A stretch of DNA of 49,205 nt from Rickettsiales bacterium (GTDB lineage: Bacteria > Pseudomonadota > Alphaproteobacteria > Rickettsiales > UBA1997), in the NCBI GenBank assembly GCA_033763375.1, contig JANRKR010000008.1, positions 1 through 49,205 of the forward strand, given 5' to 3'. Positions 25,751-34,956 of the stretch are shown piece by piece. The notes below the pieces were generated by a model that was not told the origin of the DNA, searched no databases, and saw nothing but the letters and a program-made list of their open reading frames with translations. Position 1 is the stretch's first letter, and every line of letters begins with the position of its first letter. The position numbers were made by a program, and so were the translations under genes.

Positions 25751-27319
25751 TTACGATAAAGCATTTTCAAGTCGCCAATCTTTTTTTGGATTGTCAGGAG
25801 AATATCTGTCATAAAATTCACGATCTGGTTTTTTGATCTCATCGCTACTGTTTATGATTGTAGCTCTGATAAAAATGACAGTTTCAACTTTCGTAGAATA
25901 GCGACTGAAGACGCCAAAAAGATATTTGAAAAAAGGAATTTCCATCAAAAACGGTAATCCAGAAGAGTTGTCATTGCCATTTTCAGTAAGCAAGCCGCCA
26001 ATTACTAAAATATTTCCACTTTGAATTTTGGCAATTGTGGAAATTTCGCGGGTATTAATTATTGGCACGGTATTGCCCAGAGATACTCCGGTTGTGGGAT
26101 TAACCGAAGGATCAATCGCCACGGTTCCGGTATCAATTGATAATTTTGGTTTTACATCAAGCGTAATTTCGTTAGTGGCAAGGTTGATGGATGGAATAAT
26201 ATCAAGCTTAACACCAATATCAATTTCGTTTTTAGTGGCGGTAATTGTTGAGCTAATAACGCCGTTGTTACCAGCGCTGCCGGTTGCAGCACTAACCGAC
26301 TGAGCCGCAGAAGCGCTGATAGTAAAATAAATTTTCTTTTGTGAAAAATCGAGTGAAGCCTTTTGATTGTTTATGGCGTTAATTCTTGGGCTGGAAATGG
26401 CTTTGGTGCGTCCAAAAAGTTCCAAGGTTTTTATGCTGCCAACCAAATCCTTGATTCCAAGAAGCTTAACACCAGAAACTTGACCGGAAAAATTTGCAAC
26501 TGATTTTGCTGCGGTGTTACCAAAGCCAGCATTAGTTGTGGAAGCGTTGGTGGTAAATGATTTTGAATTCCAATCAATTCCGGTGTCGAATTCTTTACTA
26601 AGAGTGACCTCAACAACTTTGGCTTCAATCAAAACTTGTGCCGAAGAATTTTTATAAACATCATCAAGATATGAAGAAATTTGTTGATGCTGAGCTCTGG
26701 AGGCATAAACCGAAATTATGCCAGCTGATTTATTGCTGGTAAATCTTGAATTGGCAGAATTATTTGATGATGATCCTGACGATCCTTTTGTAGAAACTGC
26801 GGAACTGTCGGATAATATTGCTGCGATATTACTTTCGACATCAGTCCATAACTGGCTGCCGGATAAAAAATCAACAAAGTAATTTTTGGAATAAGGCAAA
26901 TCGCGTTCAAAATGTAAAATACCGTTTTGGTAGGAATAGCGCAGTTTGCCAAGGCTGGCAATGCGATCAATTACTTCTTTCAGAGGACGATTTTTAGCAT
27001 TAATGTCAATGCCTCCAGTAATCCCACTATCAAGATCGATATCAATTTTGGCAACGCGACCAAGCTCAATCAAAACATCTTTGAGAGGAACTTGATCAGT
27101 AACTGAAAAAGAAATTATCTTGTCGCCACCAATTTGTGGTGGCGGCGGAGTCATGATTAATTTGGAAAAACTAGGAATAGAATTTTCTTCGTTATTTGCA
27201 GAAGATTTGGTTGATTTATCTGCTTTATTTTCGCCAGATTTGCCAAGATTTTTTTTTGGCGAACAAGAAAACAGAGCTAATATCAAAAAAGGAAATAAAA
27301 TTTTTCTTAGAAGATTCAT
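25751..27319 (-). CDS. Secretin-family outer-membrane lipoprotein (MshL/PilQ/GspD-like)
   Basis: 522 aa with a signal peptide and plausible lipobox (ILALFSC). An N-domain (PLKDVLIELGRV...) is followed by the secretin core (VLIEAKVVEVTL; AISSPRINAINNQKA; VPIINTREISTIAKIQSGNILVIGGL; GLPFLMEIPFFKYLF). Confidence 0.8.
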   Translation of the reverse strand: MNLLRKILFPFLILALFSCSPKKNLGKSGENKADKSTKSSANNEENSIPSFSKLIMTPPPPQIGGDKIISFSVTDQVPLKDVLIELGRVAKIDIDLDSGITGGIDINAKNRPLKEVIDRIASLGKLRYSYQNGILHFERDLPYSKNYFVDFLSGSQLWTDVESNIAAILSDSSAVSTKGSSGSSSNNSANSRFTSNKSAGIISVYASRAQHQQISSYLDDVYKNSSAQVLIEAKVVEVTLSKEFDTGIDWNSKSFTTNASTTNAGFGNTAAKSVANFSGQVSGVKLLGIKDLVGSIKTLELFGRTKAISSPRINAINNQKASLDFSQKKIYFTISASAAQSVSAATGSAGNNGVISSTITATKNEIDIGVKLDIIPSINLATNEITLDVKPKLSIDTGTVAIDPSVNPTTGVSLGNTVPIINTREISTIAKIQSGNILVIGGLLTENGNDNSSGLPFLMEIPFFKYLFGVFSRYSTKVETVIFIRATIINSSDEIKKPDREFYDRYSPDNPKKDWRLENALS

Positions 27320-27555
27320 TGAATTGAATGCTTGATTTTCTAGGATTTGTAGGGATTTCGCAGTAAAAAATTAAGAATATTTTTGATGTTATTTGCGAAG
27401 TTTTTTTTGGCAATTGATTTTGTTGAAATAGTTTTTAGGTTGTGCGACTTGTATTTTCAGGCATTTTCGCGTAACCATAAAATTTCACTTTAAATTTGCG
27501 CAAGCGCCTTTTCAATCTTTCTAATCTTTTTTGCTGAAACTTTTAAAAAATTAAA

Positions 27556-28833
27556 ATGCTCAAACAACAAGATAAAATTTTTACCAATCTTTACGGTTAT
27601 GAGTCGCCAAATCTAGACGCGGCAAAGAAAAGAGGTGATTGGCTGGAAACTAAAAAATTCTTAGATAACGGCGCGGAGTGGTTGATTCAGCAAGTTAAAG
27701 ATTCTGGCCTCAGAGGTCGCGGTGGCGCTGGTTTTCCAACCGGAACTAAATGGTCGTTTGTGCCAAAAAAAGCCAATCCACTTGAGGGCAAGCCACATTA
27801 TTTAGTAATTAATGCTGATGAATCTGAGCCGGGAACTTGCAAAGATCGCGATATTTTACGCAACGATCCGCACAAACTTTTAGAAGGTTGTTTGCTCGCC
27901 GCGCGCGCCATTAATTCTAATGTGTGCTATATTTATATTCGTGGTGAATATTACAACGAAGCCTTGGCATTACAGCGCGCAATTGATGAAGCATATGACG
28001 CAAAATTAATTGGCAAAAACGCCTGCAATTCAGGTTGGGATTTAGACATTTACATTCATCGCGGTGCTGGCGCTTATATTTGCGGTGAAGAAACTGCTTT
28101 GCTCGAAAGTTTGGAAGGCAATAAGGGGCAGCCGCGCTTGAAGCCACCATTTCCAGCTTTAGTCGGACTTTATGGCTGTCCAACTGTAATCAATAATGTT
28201 GAATCAATTGCAGTAGTTCCAGAAATTTTGCGGCGCGGAAGCGCTTGGTTTGCTGGCTTAGGTCGCGAAAGAAATACTGGCACTAAAATTTTTTGTATTT
28301 CAGGACACGTCAACAAGCCTTGCAACGTTGAAGAAGAAATGGGAATTCCTTTGCGTGAATTAATCGAAAAACATGCGGGCGGCGTTATTGGCGGTTGGGA
28401 TAATTTGCTCGCCATAATTCCCGGCGGCTCTTCAGTGCCAATGCTCAACAAAGAAGTTTGTGACACTGTTTTAATGGATTTTGATTCGCTAAAAAACGCC
28501 GGCTCTGGCCTTGGAACTGCTGGCGTGATTGTGATGGATAAATCAACCGACGTCATCGCCGCAATTGCCCGACTTTCGCATTTCTACAAACATGAGTCTT
28601 GCGGTCAATGCACGCCATGCCGCGAAGGAACTGGCTGGTTGATGCGAATTATGGATCGCATGATTGAAGGCAAAGCTGAAATAAAAGAAATCGATCAACT
28701 TTACAATTTAACCAAACAAATCGAAGGCCACACAATCTGCGCTTTGGGCGATGCTGCGGCGTGGCCAGTTCAAGGCTTGATTAAAAATTTCCGCAGCGAA
28801 ATGGAAAGAAGAATTGAGAAAAATCAAAATTAA
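27556..28833 (+). CDS. nuoF: NADH-quinone oxidoreductase subunit F
   Basis: 425 aa with [13 protein letters not shown], the FMN/NADH blocks [15 protein letters not shown] and the 4Fe-4S cysteines [12 protein letters not shown]...C. Confidence 0.95.
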   Translation: MLKQQDKIFTNLYGYESPNLDAAKKRGDWLETKKFLDNGAEWLIQQVKDSGLRGRGGAGFPTGTKWSFVPKKANPLEGKPHYLVINADESEPGTCKDRDILRNDPHKLLEGCLLAARAINSNVCYIYIRGEYYNEALALQRAIDEAYDAKLIGKNACNSGWDLDIYIHRGAGAYICGEETALLESLEGNKGQPRLKPPFPALVGLYGCPTVINNVESIAVVPEILRRGSAWFAGLGRERNTGTKIFCISGHVNKPCNVEEEMGIPLRELIEKHAGGVIGGWDNLLAIIPGGSSVPMLNKEVCDTVLMDFDSLKNAGSGLGTAGVIVMDKSTDVIAAIARLSHFYKHESCGQCTPCREGTGWLMRIMDRMIEGKAEIKEIDQLYNLTKQIEGHTICALGDAAAWPVQGLIKNFRSEMERRIEKNQN

Positions 28834-28835
28834 TC

Positions 28836-30032
28836 ATGACCAAAATCGTTGCACTAATAACTGCCTGTGGTCGCGGTAATCGCTTTAATGGCACTGAAGG
28901 AATTCCCAAGCAATATATGCCACTTGCTTCAATGCCATTGCTGCGCCATTCAATTTTAGCTTTTTTAAATCATCCCAAAATTGATGATGTAATTTGCGTT
29001 ATTCATCCTGAAGATATTGCGCTTTACGAAGAAGCGGTTGCCGGATTAGATTTGCTCAATCCGGTTTTTGGTGGCAATACCAGACAAATTTCAATTCGTT
29101 ATGGTCTTGAAGCGCTACGCGAGCATAATCCTGATAAAGTTTTGATTCATGACGGTGTCAGACCTTTTGTTTCTAAGCGTATAATTAATGGCATTTTAGA
29201 AAAATTAGAAACTCATCCGGCAGTAATTCCTGCAATTGCAGTTGAAGATACGCTAAAAAAATATGCCGATGGAAAAATTGAATGGACGCTGGAGCGTGAA
29301 AATCTATGGCGCGCGCAAACTCCGCAAGGTTTTATTTTCGAAGATATTTTAAATTCGCACATCGCTTTTAAAGATTTAAATTTTACCGATGACGCCTCAT
29401 TAAATGAATATGCGGGAATTCCTGTTGCCATAGTTCCGGGTTCACAAAATAATTTTAAAATTACTACCGAAGAAGATTATGAGCGCGCTAAACGCATGAT
29501 TTCAATGCTGCTTGAAAATGTTAAACAAGAAAATCGCTGCGGCATTGGTTTTGATGTTCATGCCTTTCGTCAGCGTCAAAAAGATGAAAACAATTTAATT
29601 CGAATTTGCGGCGTTGAAATTGAATTTGAGCAAAAAATTAAAGCGCATTCTGACGGTGATGTTGGCATTCACGCTACAATTGATGCGCTTTTGGGCGCAA
29701 TTAATGCTGGTGATATTGGCGAACATTTTTCGCCAAATGATCCAAAATGGCAAAATATTGATTCGCGCGAAATGCTTAAAATTACTCGCCAATTAATTCA
29801 AAAAAAAGGTGCCACAATTTTAAATCTGGATATCACTTTAATTTGCGAAAAGCCAAAATTTTCTAAATATAAAAATCAAATGAAGGAAGAAATGGCAAAG
29901 GTTTTAGGTATTTCTAAAAATCGTGTTAATATCAAAGCTACAACTACAGAAATGCTTGGATTTTTAGGACGCGGCGAAGGAATTGCCGCCCAAGCCGTAG
30001 CTTCAATTTGGATAACAATCACTGAAGAATAA
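28836..30032 (+). CDS. ispDF: Bifunctional 2-C-methyl-D-erythritol 4-phosphate cytidylyltransferase / MEcPP synthase
   Basis: 398 aa. The N-terminal IspD part has AACGRGNRF and IHDGVRPF. The C-terminal IspF part has GIGFDVHAF, HSDGDVGIHA and the INAGDIGEHFSPNDPKW block. Confidence 0.9.
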   Translation: MTKIVALITACGRGNRFNGTEGIPKQYMPLASMPLLRHSILAFLNHPKIDDVICVIHPEDIALYEEAVAGLDLLNPVFGGNTRQISIRYGLEALREHNPDKVLIHDGVRPFVSKRIINGILEKLETHPAVIPAIAVEDTLKKYADGKIEWTLERENLWRAQTPQGFIFEDILNSHIAFKDLNFTDDASLNEYAGIPVAIVPGSQNNFKITTEEDYERAKRMISMLLENVKQENRCGIGFDVHAFRQRQKDENNLIRICGVEIEFEQKIKAHSDGDVGIHATIDALLGAINAGDIGEHFSPNDPKWQNIDSREMLKITRQLIQKKGATILNLDITLICEKPKFSKYKNQMKEEMAKVLGISKNRVNIKATTTEMLGFLGRGEGIAAQAVASIWITITEE

Positions 30033-30045
30033 ATTACGGCAGCTA

Positions 30046-30843
30046 TTATAAATTAATAGTTTGCGTGGCAATTTTTTTTGATTGCTCTTGAGCAAAATTC
30101 ATCCTTGTTTCAACGGTAATTTTAATTTCTTCAATTTCTGCAGCGCTGAGATCTTTTTTAAGAAAAATTATTTTCTCATCAAAATAAAAACATAAAGTTG
30201 AAAATGGCAGCGGAATTTTAAAACGATCCCAAGTCTTGATTTCTATGAAACGCGAGCAGGAATAAGATAAAGGTAAAATTCCGGCATTAGCAGCTCGAGC
30301 AATGTTAATAATTTCGCCATTAATTTTTTGATTTGGTCCGCGCGGTCCATCAGGCGTAATTCCAATTGTATAACCTTTTTTTAAGCCAGCGAAAATTTTT
30401 TTAAAACTGCCAATATCAATGCCGCGAGATGATTTGCGTCCATCTTGTGAAGAGCCATAAATTGAAATTAAACCAAATTTTTCCATAATGCGCCCAACAA
30501 ATCTGCCGTCGCCATGACGCGAAGCTAAAGTCATAAAATTATAATCAGGAAATTTTTTCTTTGATCTTGCAGCTAAAAAAGGAATCATCATCAAGCGATT
30601 ATGCCAAAAAGTAGCAATTGTTGGAATTTGTTCGCGCGCTATTTTATCTAATATTTCGTCATTAATAAAAATTTTTTTGCAGCTAAAAAAAACCAGCTTC
30701 ATGTAAGCAATAAAAATCAGACAAATTAATTCTTGAAACAAAAAACTATATGTAATTTTGCGCAAGAATTGTTTGAAAGCGGTTTTGATATCGTACCATT
30801 CAATTTTGGTTTGAACGCCAAATATTTTCCATTTTTTGATCAT
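30046..30843 (-). CDS. DUF374-type lysophospholipid acyltransferase-family protein
   Basis: 265 aa with FWHNRLMMIPF and ITPDGPRGP blocks typical of DUF374 proteins. Confidence 0.65.
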   Translation of the reverse strand: MIKKWKIFGVQTKIEWYDIKTAFKQFLRKITYSFLFQELICLIFIAYMKLVFFSCKKIFINDEILDKIAREQIPTIATFWHNRLMMIPFLAARSKKKFPDYNFMTLASRHGDGRFVGRIMEKFGLISIYGSSQDGRKSSRGIDIGSFKKIFAGLKKGYTIGITPDGPRGPNQKINGEIINIARAANAGILPLSYSCSRFIEIKTWDRFKIPLPFSTLCFYFDEKIIFLKKDLSAAEIEEIKITVETRMNFAQEQSKKIATQTINL

Positions 30844-30884
30844 CTAATTCTTCAATATTCTTGTTTATTGAGAGCTGATAAATA

Positions 30885-31538
30885 TTAAATTTTTTGCCCA
30901 GTGCTTTTCCAATCTTTAGTAAAAGTTTCTAAGCCTTTATCAGTCAAAGGATGAGAAATTAATTGTTTTAAAACTTTAGCGGGAATTGTTGCAACATGCG
31001 CGCCCATTCTGGCAGCTGCGGTTATGTGAATTGGATTACGAATTGAAGCAACCAGAATTTCTGTCTTAAATTCTTTATAGTTGGAATAGATAGCGCAGAT
31101 TTCTTCAATTAGCGCCATGCCATCTTGACCAATATCGTCTAATCTGCCTACAAAAGGCGAAACAAAAGTAGCGCCAGCTTTGGCGGCTAAAATTGCTTGT
31201 GCAGCTGAAAAGCAAAGAGTGACATTGGTTTGAATTTTTTTATCAGAGAAATATTTGCAAGCCTTCAAGCCATCTAAAGTCATTGGCAATTTGATACAAA
31301 CATTTTTGGCAATTTTGGCAAGAATTTCACCTTCGTGAATCATGCCTTCATAATCAGTTGCAGCAACTTCAGCGCTGATTGGACCTGCAACAATTTTACA
31401 AATTTCTGCAATAACTTCTAAAAAATTGCGACCAGATTTAGCAATTAAACTTGGATTGGTTGTAACTCCGTCAAGTAATCCATAAGCGGCAATTTCTTTA
31501 ATTTCGGAGATTTCGGCAGAGTCGATGAAAAATTTCAT
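30885..31538 (-). CDS. tal: Short-type transaldolase / fructose-6-phosphate aldolase family
   Basis: 217 aa starting [15 protein letters not shown], with [23 protein letters not shown] and the KIP lysine region. Confidence 0.85.
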   Translation of the reverse strand: MKFFIDSAEISEIKEIAAYGLLDGVTTNPSLIAKSGRNFLEVIAEICKIVAGPISAEVAATDYEGMIHEGEILAKIAKNVCIKLPMTLDGLKACKYFSDKKIQTNVTLCFSAAQAILAAKAGATFVSPFVGRLDDIGQDGMALIEEICAIYSNYKEFKTEILVASIRNPIHITAAARMGAHVATIPAKVLKQLISHPLTDKGLETFTKDWKSTGQKI

Positions 31539-31617
31539 AGAGTTTTTTTAAAAAATTAATATGTTCAATTTATTAATTATCAGAAATTAAGTGCGCTAAA
31601 TCTCTTTATCAACCTTC

Positions 31618-33594
31618 ATGTCAGAAATTTTTGTTCAAGTGTTATTGCCTTTGGCGCCTGATGATGCTTTCACCTATTCATCTACAATTGTCGTTGAATG
31701 TGGCGATGTTGTACGAGTTGAATTTGGTAAAAAAGAAATTTATGGCGTAGTTTGGCAGATCAGTAAAGAAGCGCCGCAGCATCTTCAGGTTCAAAAAATT
31801 AAAAAAATTTTAGAAGTAAATCCGCATTTAAAGCTTAGTAAAAATCAATTAAAATTTATTGCGGCAATTGCATCTTATAACCTTGCCAGTAAAGGCTTGG
31901 TGCTGCGAGCTTTTATCGGAATTTTAAATTCTGATAAAGTAAAAAAAATCTCAACGCCAAAATTTCAGCAAGTTGAAAAAGAAAATTTTTGCTTAAAAAA
32001 ACTTTTGCCCAAACAGCAGAAAATTGTTAATGAGCTGCAACAAAAAATTTCAGATTATAATTTCTCGGTAAATCTTTTGGATGGCGTTACCGGATCAGGT
32101 AAAACTGAAATTTATTTTTTGTTAATTGCTCAACTTTTATCGCAAAATAATGATGCGCAAATTTTAATTTTATTGCCAGAAATTGCTCTAACCAGCCAAT
32201 TGCTTTTACGCTTTGAAGAGCAATTTGGTTTTGTGCCAGCTTTGTGGCATTCGAAAATTTCTAAAAAAGAAAAAAGAGAAATTTTTTACGGAGTTACGCA
32301 AGGATCGGTTAAAGTCTTGATTGGCGCTCGCTCAGCGCTTTTGCTGCCATTTAAAAATCTAAAATTAATTATCATTGACGAAGAGCATGACAGCTCTTTT
32401 AAACAAGAAGATATTTTTAATTTTCATGCTCGCGATATGGCAATTGTTAAAGCCAAGTTAGAAAATTTTCCGGTAATTTTATCTTCAGCAACTCCAGCTC
32501 TAGAAACCTACCAAAATGCGCTTTTAGGTAAATATAATCATTTTATTTTAGAACAAAGTTTTGGGCAAAAAAATGTAATAGAATTGATTGATTTGCGTCG
32601 TGAAAAATTATCAGTTGATCAATTTTTGTCGCAAAAATTATGTCAAGAAATTGCTCAAAATTTAGCAGAAAAAAAACAAGTTTTACTTTTTTTAAATCGT
32701 CGTGGATATGCTCCAGTTACGCTTTGCAAGGCTTGTGGAAAAAAATATCAATGTCTTAATTGTGATTTTAATTTAGTATTACATAAAGCGAAAAAAAAAT
32801 TAATTTGTCATCATTGCGGTCATCAAGAAAATCTGATTTCAGAATGTAAATTTTGTGGTGAAAAAGATGTTTTAATTTCGGTTGGAGTTGGAGTTGAAAA
32901 GATTGCAGAAGAAATAAAAATTAATTTTCCTGCTGCCAGAATTGCCACCATGACCAGTGATAATATAAATAATTTTGTTGATGCTGATAAGTTGGTAAAA
33001 CAAATTCTTAATCATGAAGTTGATATAATTTTAGGCACACAAATGATTGCCAAAGGTCATGATTTTCCTGATTTGAATTTGGTTGGAATAATTGACGCTG
33101 ATTCAGCTTTTTATTCTTCAGAACTACGTGCTTTAGAAAAAGCTTATCAAATTTTAACTCAAGTAATTGGTCGCGTTGGAAGACGCGATAAAGTTGGCAA
33201 TGTTATTATTCAAACTTATAATCCAGAAAATTTTATTTTTGGACAAATAATTAAAAATAATAAAAAAGATTTTTACGATTTTGAGTTAAAAAACCGTCAA
33301 AGCCTTGATTTGCCGCCATTTTCAAGGATGGTTAAATTTGAAATTAGCGCTTTTTTGGAAAATGATGCTAAAAATTTTGCTAAGAAACTTATAAAAAATT
33401 TTCCGGTTAGTACGAAAATTGAAATTTTCGGACCAGCTCCGGCGCAATTGCAGCGTTTGAAAAACCGTCATCATTTTTTAGTAAATTTAAAAGCTGATAA
33501 AAAAATTAATTTACAAAAATTAATAATTGATGTTTTGCAGCAAATTGAAATTCCGAAATCAGTGCGCTTGAGAATTGATGTTGATGTAGCTTAA
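31618..33594 (+). CDS. priA: Primosomal protein N' (replication restart helicase)
   Basis: 658 aa with Walker A GVTGSGKTE, DEEHD and a Cys-rich zinc module (CKACGKKYQCLNCDFNLVLHK...LICHHCGH...CKFCG). Confidence 0.9.
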   Translation: MSEIFVQVLLPLAPDDAFTYSSTIVVECGDVVRVEFGKKEIYGVVWQISKEAPQHLQVQKIKKILEVNPHLKLSKNQLKFIAAIASYNLASKGLVLRAFIGILNSDKVKKISTPKFQQVEKENFCLKKLLPKQQKIVNELQQKISDYNFSVNLLDGVTGSGKTEIYFLLIAQLLSQNNDAQILILLPEIALTSQLLLRFEEQFGFVPALWHSKISKKEKREIFYGVTQGSVKVLIGARSALLLPFKNLKLIIIDEEHDSSFKQEDIFNFHARDMAIVKAKLENFPVILSSATPALETYQNALLGKYNHFILEQSFGQKNVIELIDLRREKLSVDQFLSQKLCQEIAQNLAEKKQVLLFLNRRGYAPVTLCKACGKKYQCLNCDFNLVLHKAKKKLICHHCGHQENLISECKFCGEKDVLISVGVGVEKIAEEIKINFPAARIATMTSDNINNFVDADKLVKQILNHEVDIILGTQMIAKGHDFPDLNLVGIIDADSAFYSSELRALEKAYQILTQVIGRVGRRDKVGNVIIQTYNPENFIFGQIIKNNKKDFYDFELKNRQSLDLPPFSRMVKFEISAFLENDAKNFAKKLIKNFPVSTKIEIFGPAPAQLQRLKNRHHFLVNLKADKKINLQKLIIDVLQQIEIPKSVRLRIDVDVA

Positions 33595-33595
33595 T

Positions 33596-33620
33596 CAGAT
33601 TCAAAGCTTGTTTGAATCTG
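33596..33620 (+). terminator. Family D hairpin CAGATTCAAA-GCTTG-TTTGAATCTG followed by ACTTTTTC
   Basis: A 10-bp perfect stem starts 2 nt after the priA TAA, and a T-run follows it. Confidence 0.5.
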
Positions 33621-33651
33621 ACTTTTTCTGAATCAAATTTTGGTAAAATTT

Positions 33652-34932
33652 ATGCGCTCTAAATTGCTAAGAAATTTTCCCAGAGCTGGTTATATTATTT
33701 TTTTACCAAAATCTTCTATTTCAACATCTGCGTCGGCGCCAAATTCAGCTTTATTTTGGCTGCGTAAGGAAACTTTATTAGATGAGAAAAGAGCGCCTTT
33801 GGCTCCGCAAGATGCTAAAATGTTGATTAAAAAAGGCGCTAAAGTTGTGGTGGAAGAATGTTCGCAAAGAATTTTTACAACTGAATCTTATGCCAAAGCT
33901 GGCTGCGAAATAGAGCGAGCTGGCTCTTGGATTAATGCGCCATATTACGCTTATATTTTAGGCTTAAAAGAAATTCCTGACGCCATCTTTGATCAAGAAT
34001 ATGCGATAAAAAATTATCATGCTTATTTTGCTCATGCTTATAAAGGACAGGCTCATGCCAAAACAATTTTAGATCGTTTTATAAAAGGTGGTGGCATCAA
34101 TTTGGATTTAGAATATTTGGTTGATGATAAAGGCAAAAGAGTTGCCGCTTTTGGTTTTTATGCTGGCTGCGCAACAACAGCCTTGGCAATAAATATCTGG
34201 TGCCAAAAACAGCTTGGCAAAGAACCGCCTTTTAAAATTCCAAGCTATTATGAAAGTAAAGCTGAGCTAATCTCAGACTTAAAAAAACTGTTGGCGCAAG
34301 TTGAGAAATTTCCCAATATTTTAGTGATTGGAAAAAATGGTCGCTCAGGAAGAGGTGCGTTGGAATTGGCGCAAGAGTTAAAAATTGAAGCCAGCGGTTG
34401 GGGTCGCGATGAAACAAGAAATGCTAGCGTTACAGGAATTGATGAGATTGCCAATTATGATATTTTTCTAAATTGTGTTTTTAATGACAAGGTAATAAAT
34501 CCTTTTGTAACGAAAGAAACTTTGCAGCAAAAAGACAGAAAATTATCGGTAATTGGCGATGTTACTTGTGATTTTGGTGCAAAAAATATGATTAAGATTG
34601 CTGGTTATGAAACATCAACCAGTTTTGAAAATCCAACTTGGCAGTATCAAGATTTGGATATTATGGCAATTGATCACACACCAACTTTATTGCCTTTGGA
34701 ATCAAGCACAGAATTTTCAAAAGCGTTGGTAAAATATTTATCAGTTTTACCGCCTAATCCTGCAGATATTTTAAAAAATCATAATCAAGATCCGTTAATC
34801 AAAGTTTGGCTGCGTGCTATTGAAAAATTTTATGAAGTTAGTTCAAAAATAGGATTGATAAAGCCGTCTTCGGTTTTTAAACCAAAGCGGGCCGAAAGCG
34901 TTGAAAAAAAAGAACAAAATGAAAAATTGTAA
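33652..34932 (+). CDS. Saccharopine dehydrogenase (NAD+, L-lysine-forming), fungal LYS1-type (AlaDH/PNT fold)
   Basis: It shows collinear similarity, as I recall the sequence, to yeast Lys1 (FAHAYKGQAHAKTILDRFIKGGG..LDLEYL.DDKGKRVAAFGFYAG; IGKNGRSGRGA; DIFLNCV; IDHTPTLLP). An N-terminal extension of about 38 aa precedes the conserved start. I prefer the ATG at 33652 over the TTG at 33640. Confidence 0.75.
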   Translation: MRSKLLRNFPRAGYIIFLPKSSISTSASAPNSALFWLRKETLLDEKRAPLAPQDAKMLIKKGAKVVVEECSQRIFTTESYAKAGCEIERAGSWINAPYYAYILGLKEIPDAIFDQEYAIKNYHAYFAHAYKGQAHAKTILDRFIKGGGINLDLEYLVDDKGKRVAAFGFYAGCATTALAINIWCQKQLGKEPPFKIPSYYESKAELISDLKKLLAQVEKFPNILVIGKNGRSGRGALELAQELKIEASGWGRDETRNASVTGIDEIANYDIFLNCVFNDKVINPFVTKETLQQKDRKLSVIGDVTCDFGAKNMIKIAGYETSTSFENPTWQYQDLDIMAIDHTPTLLPLESSTEFSKALVKYLSVLPPNPADILKNHNQDPLIKVWLRAIEKFYEVSSKIGLIKPSSVFKPKRAESVEKKEQNEKL

Positions 34933-34956
34933 AAAAATAAATCAGTTAATTTTTTA

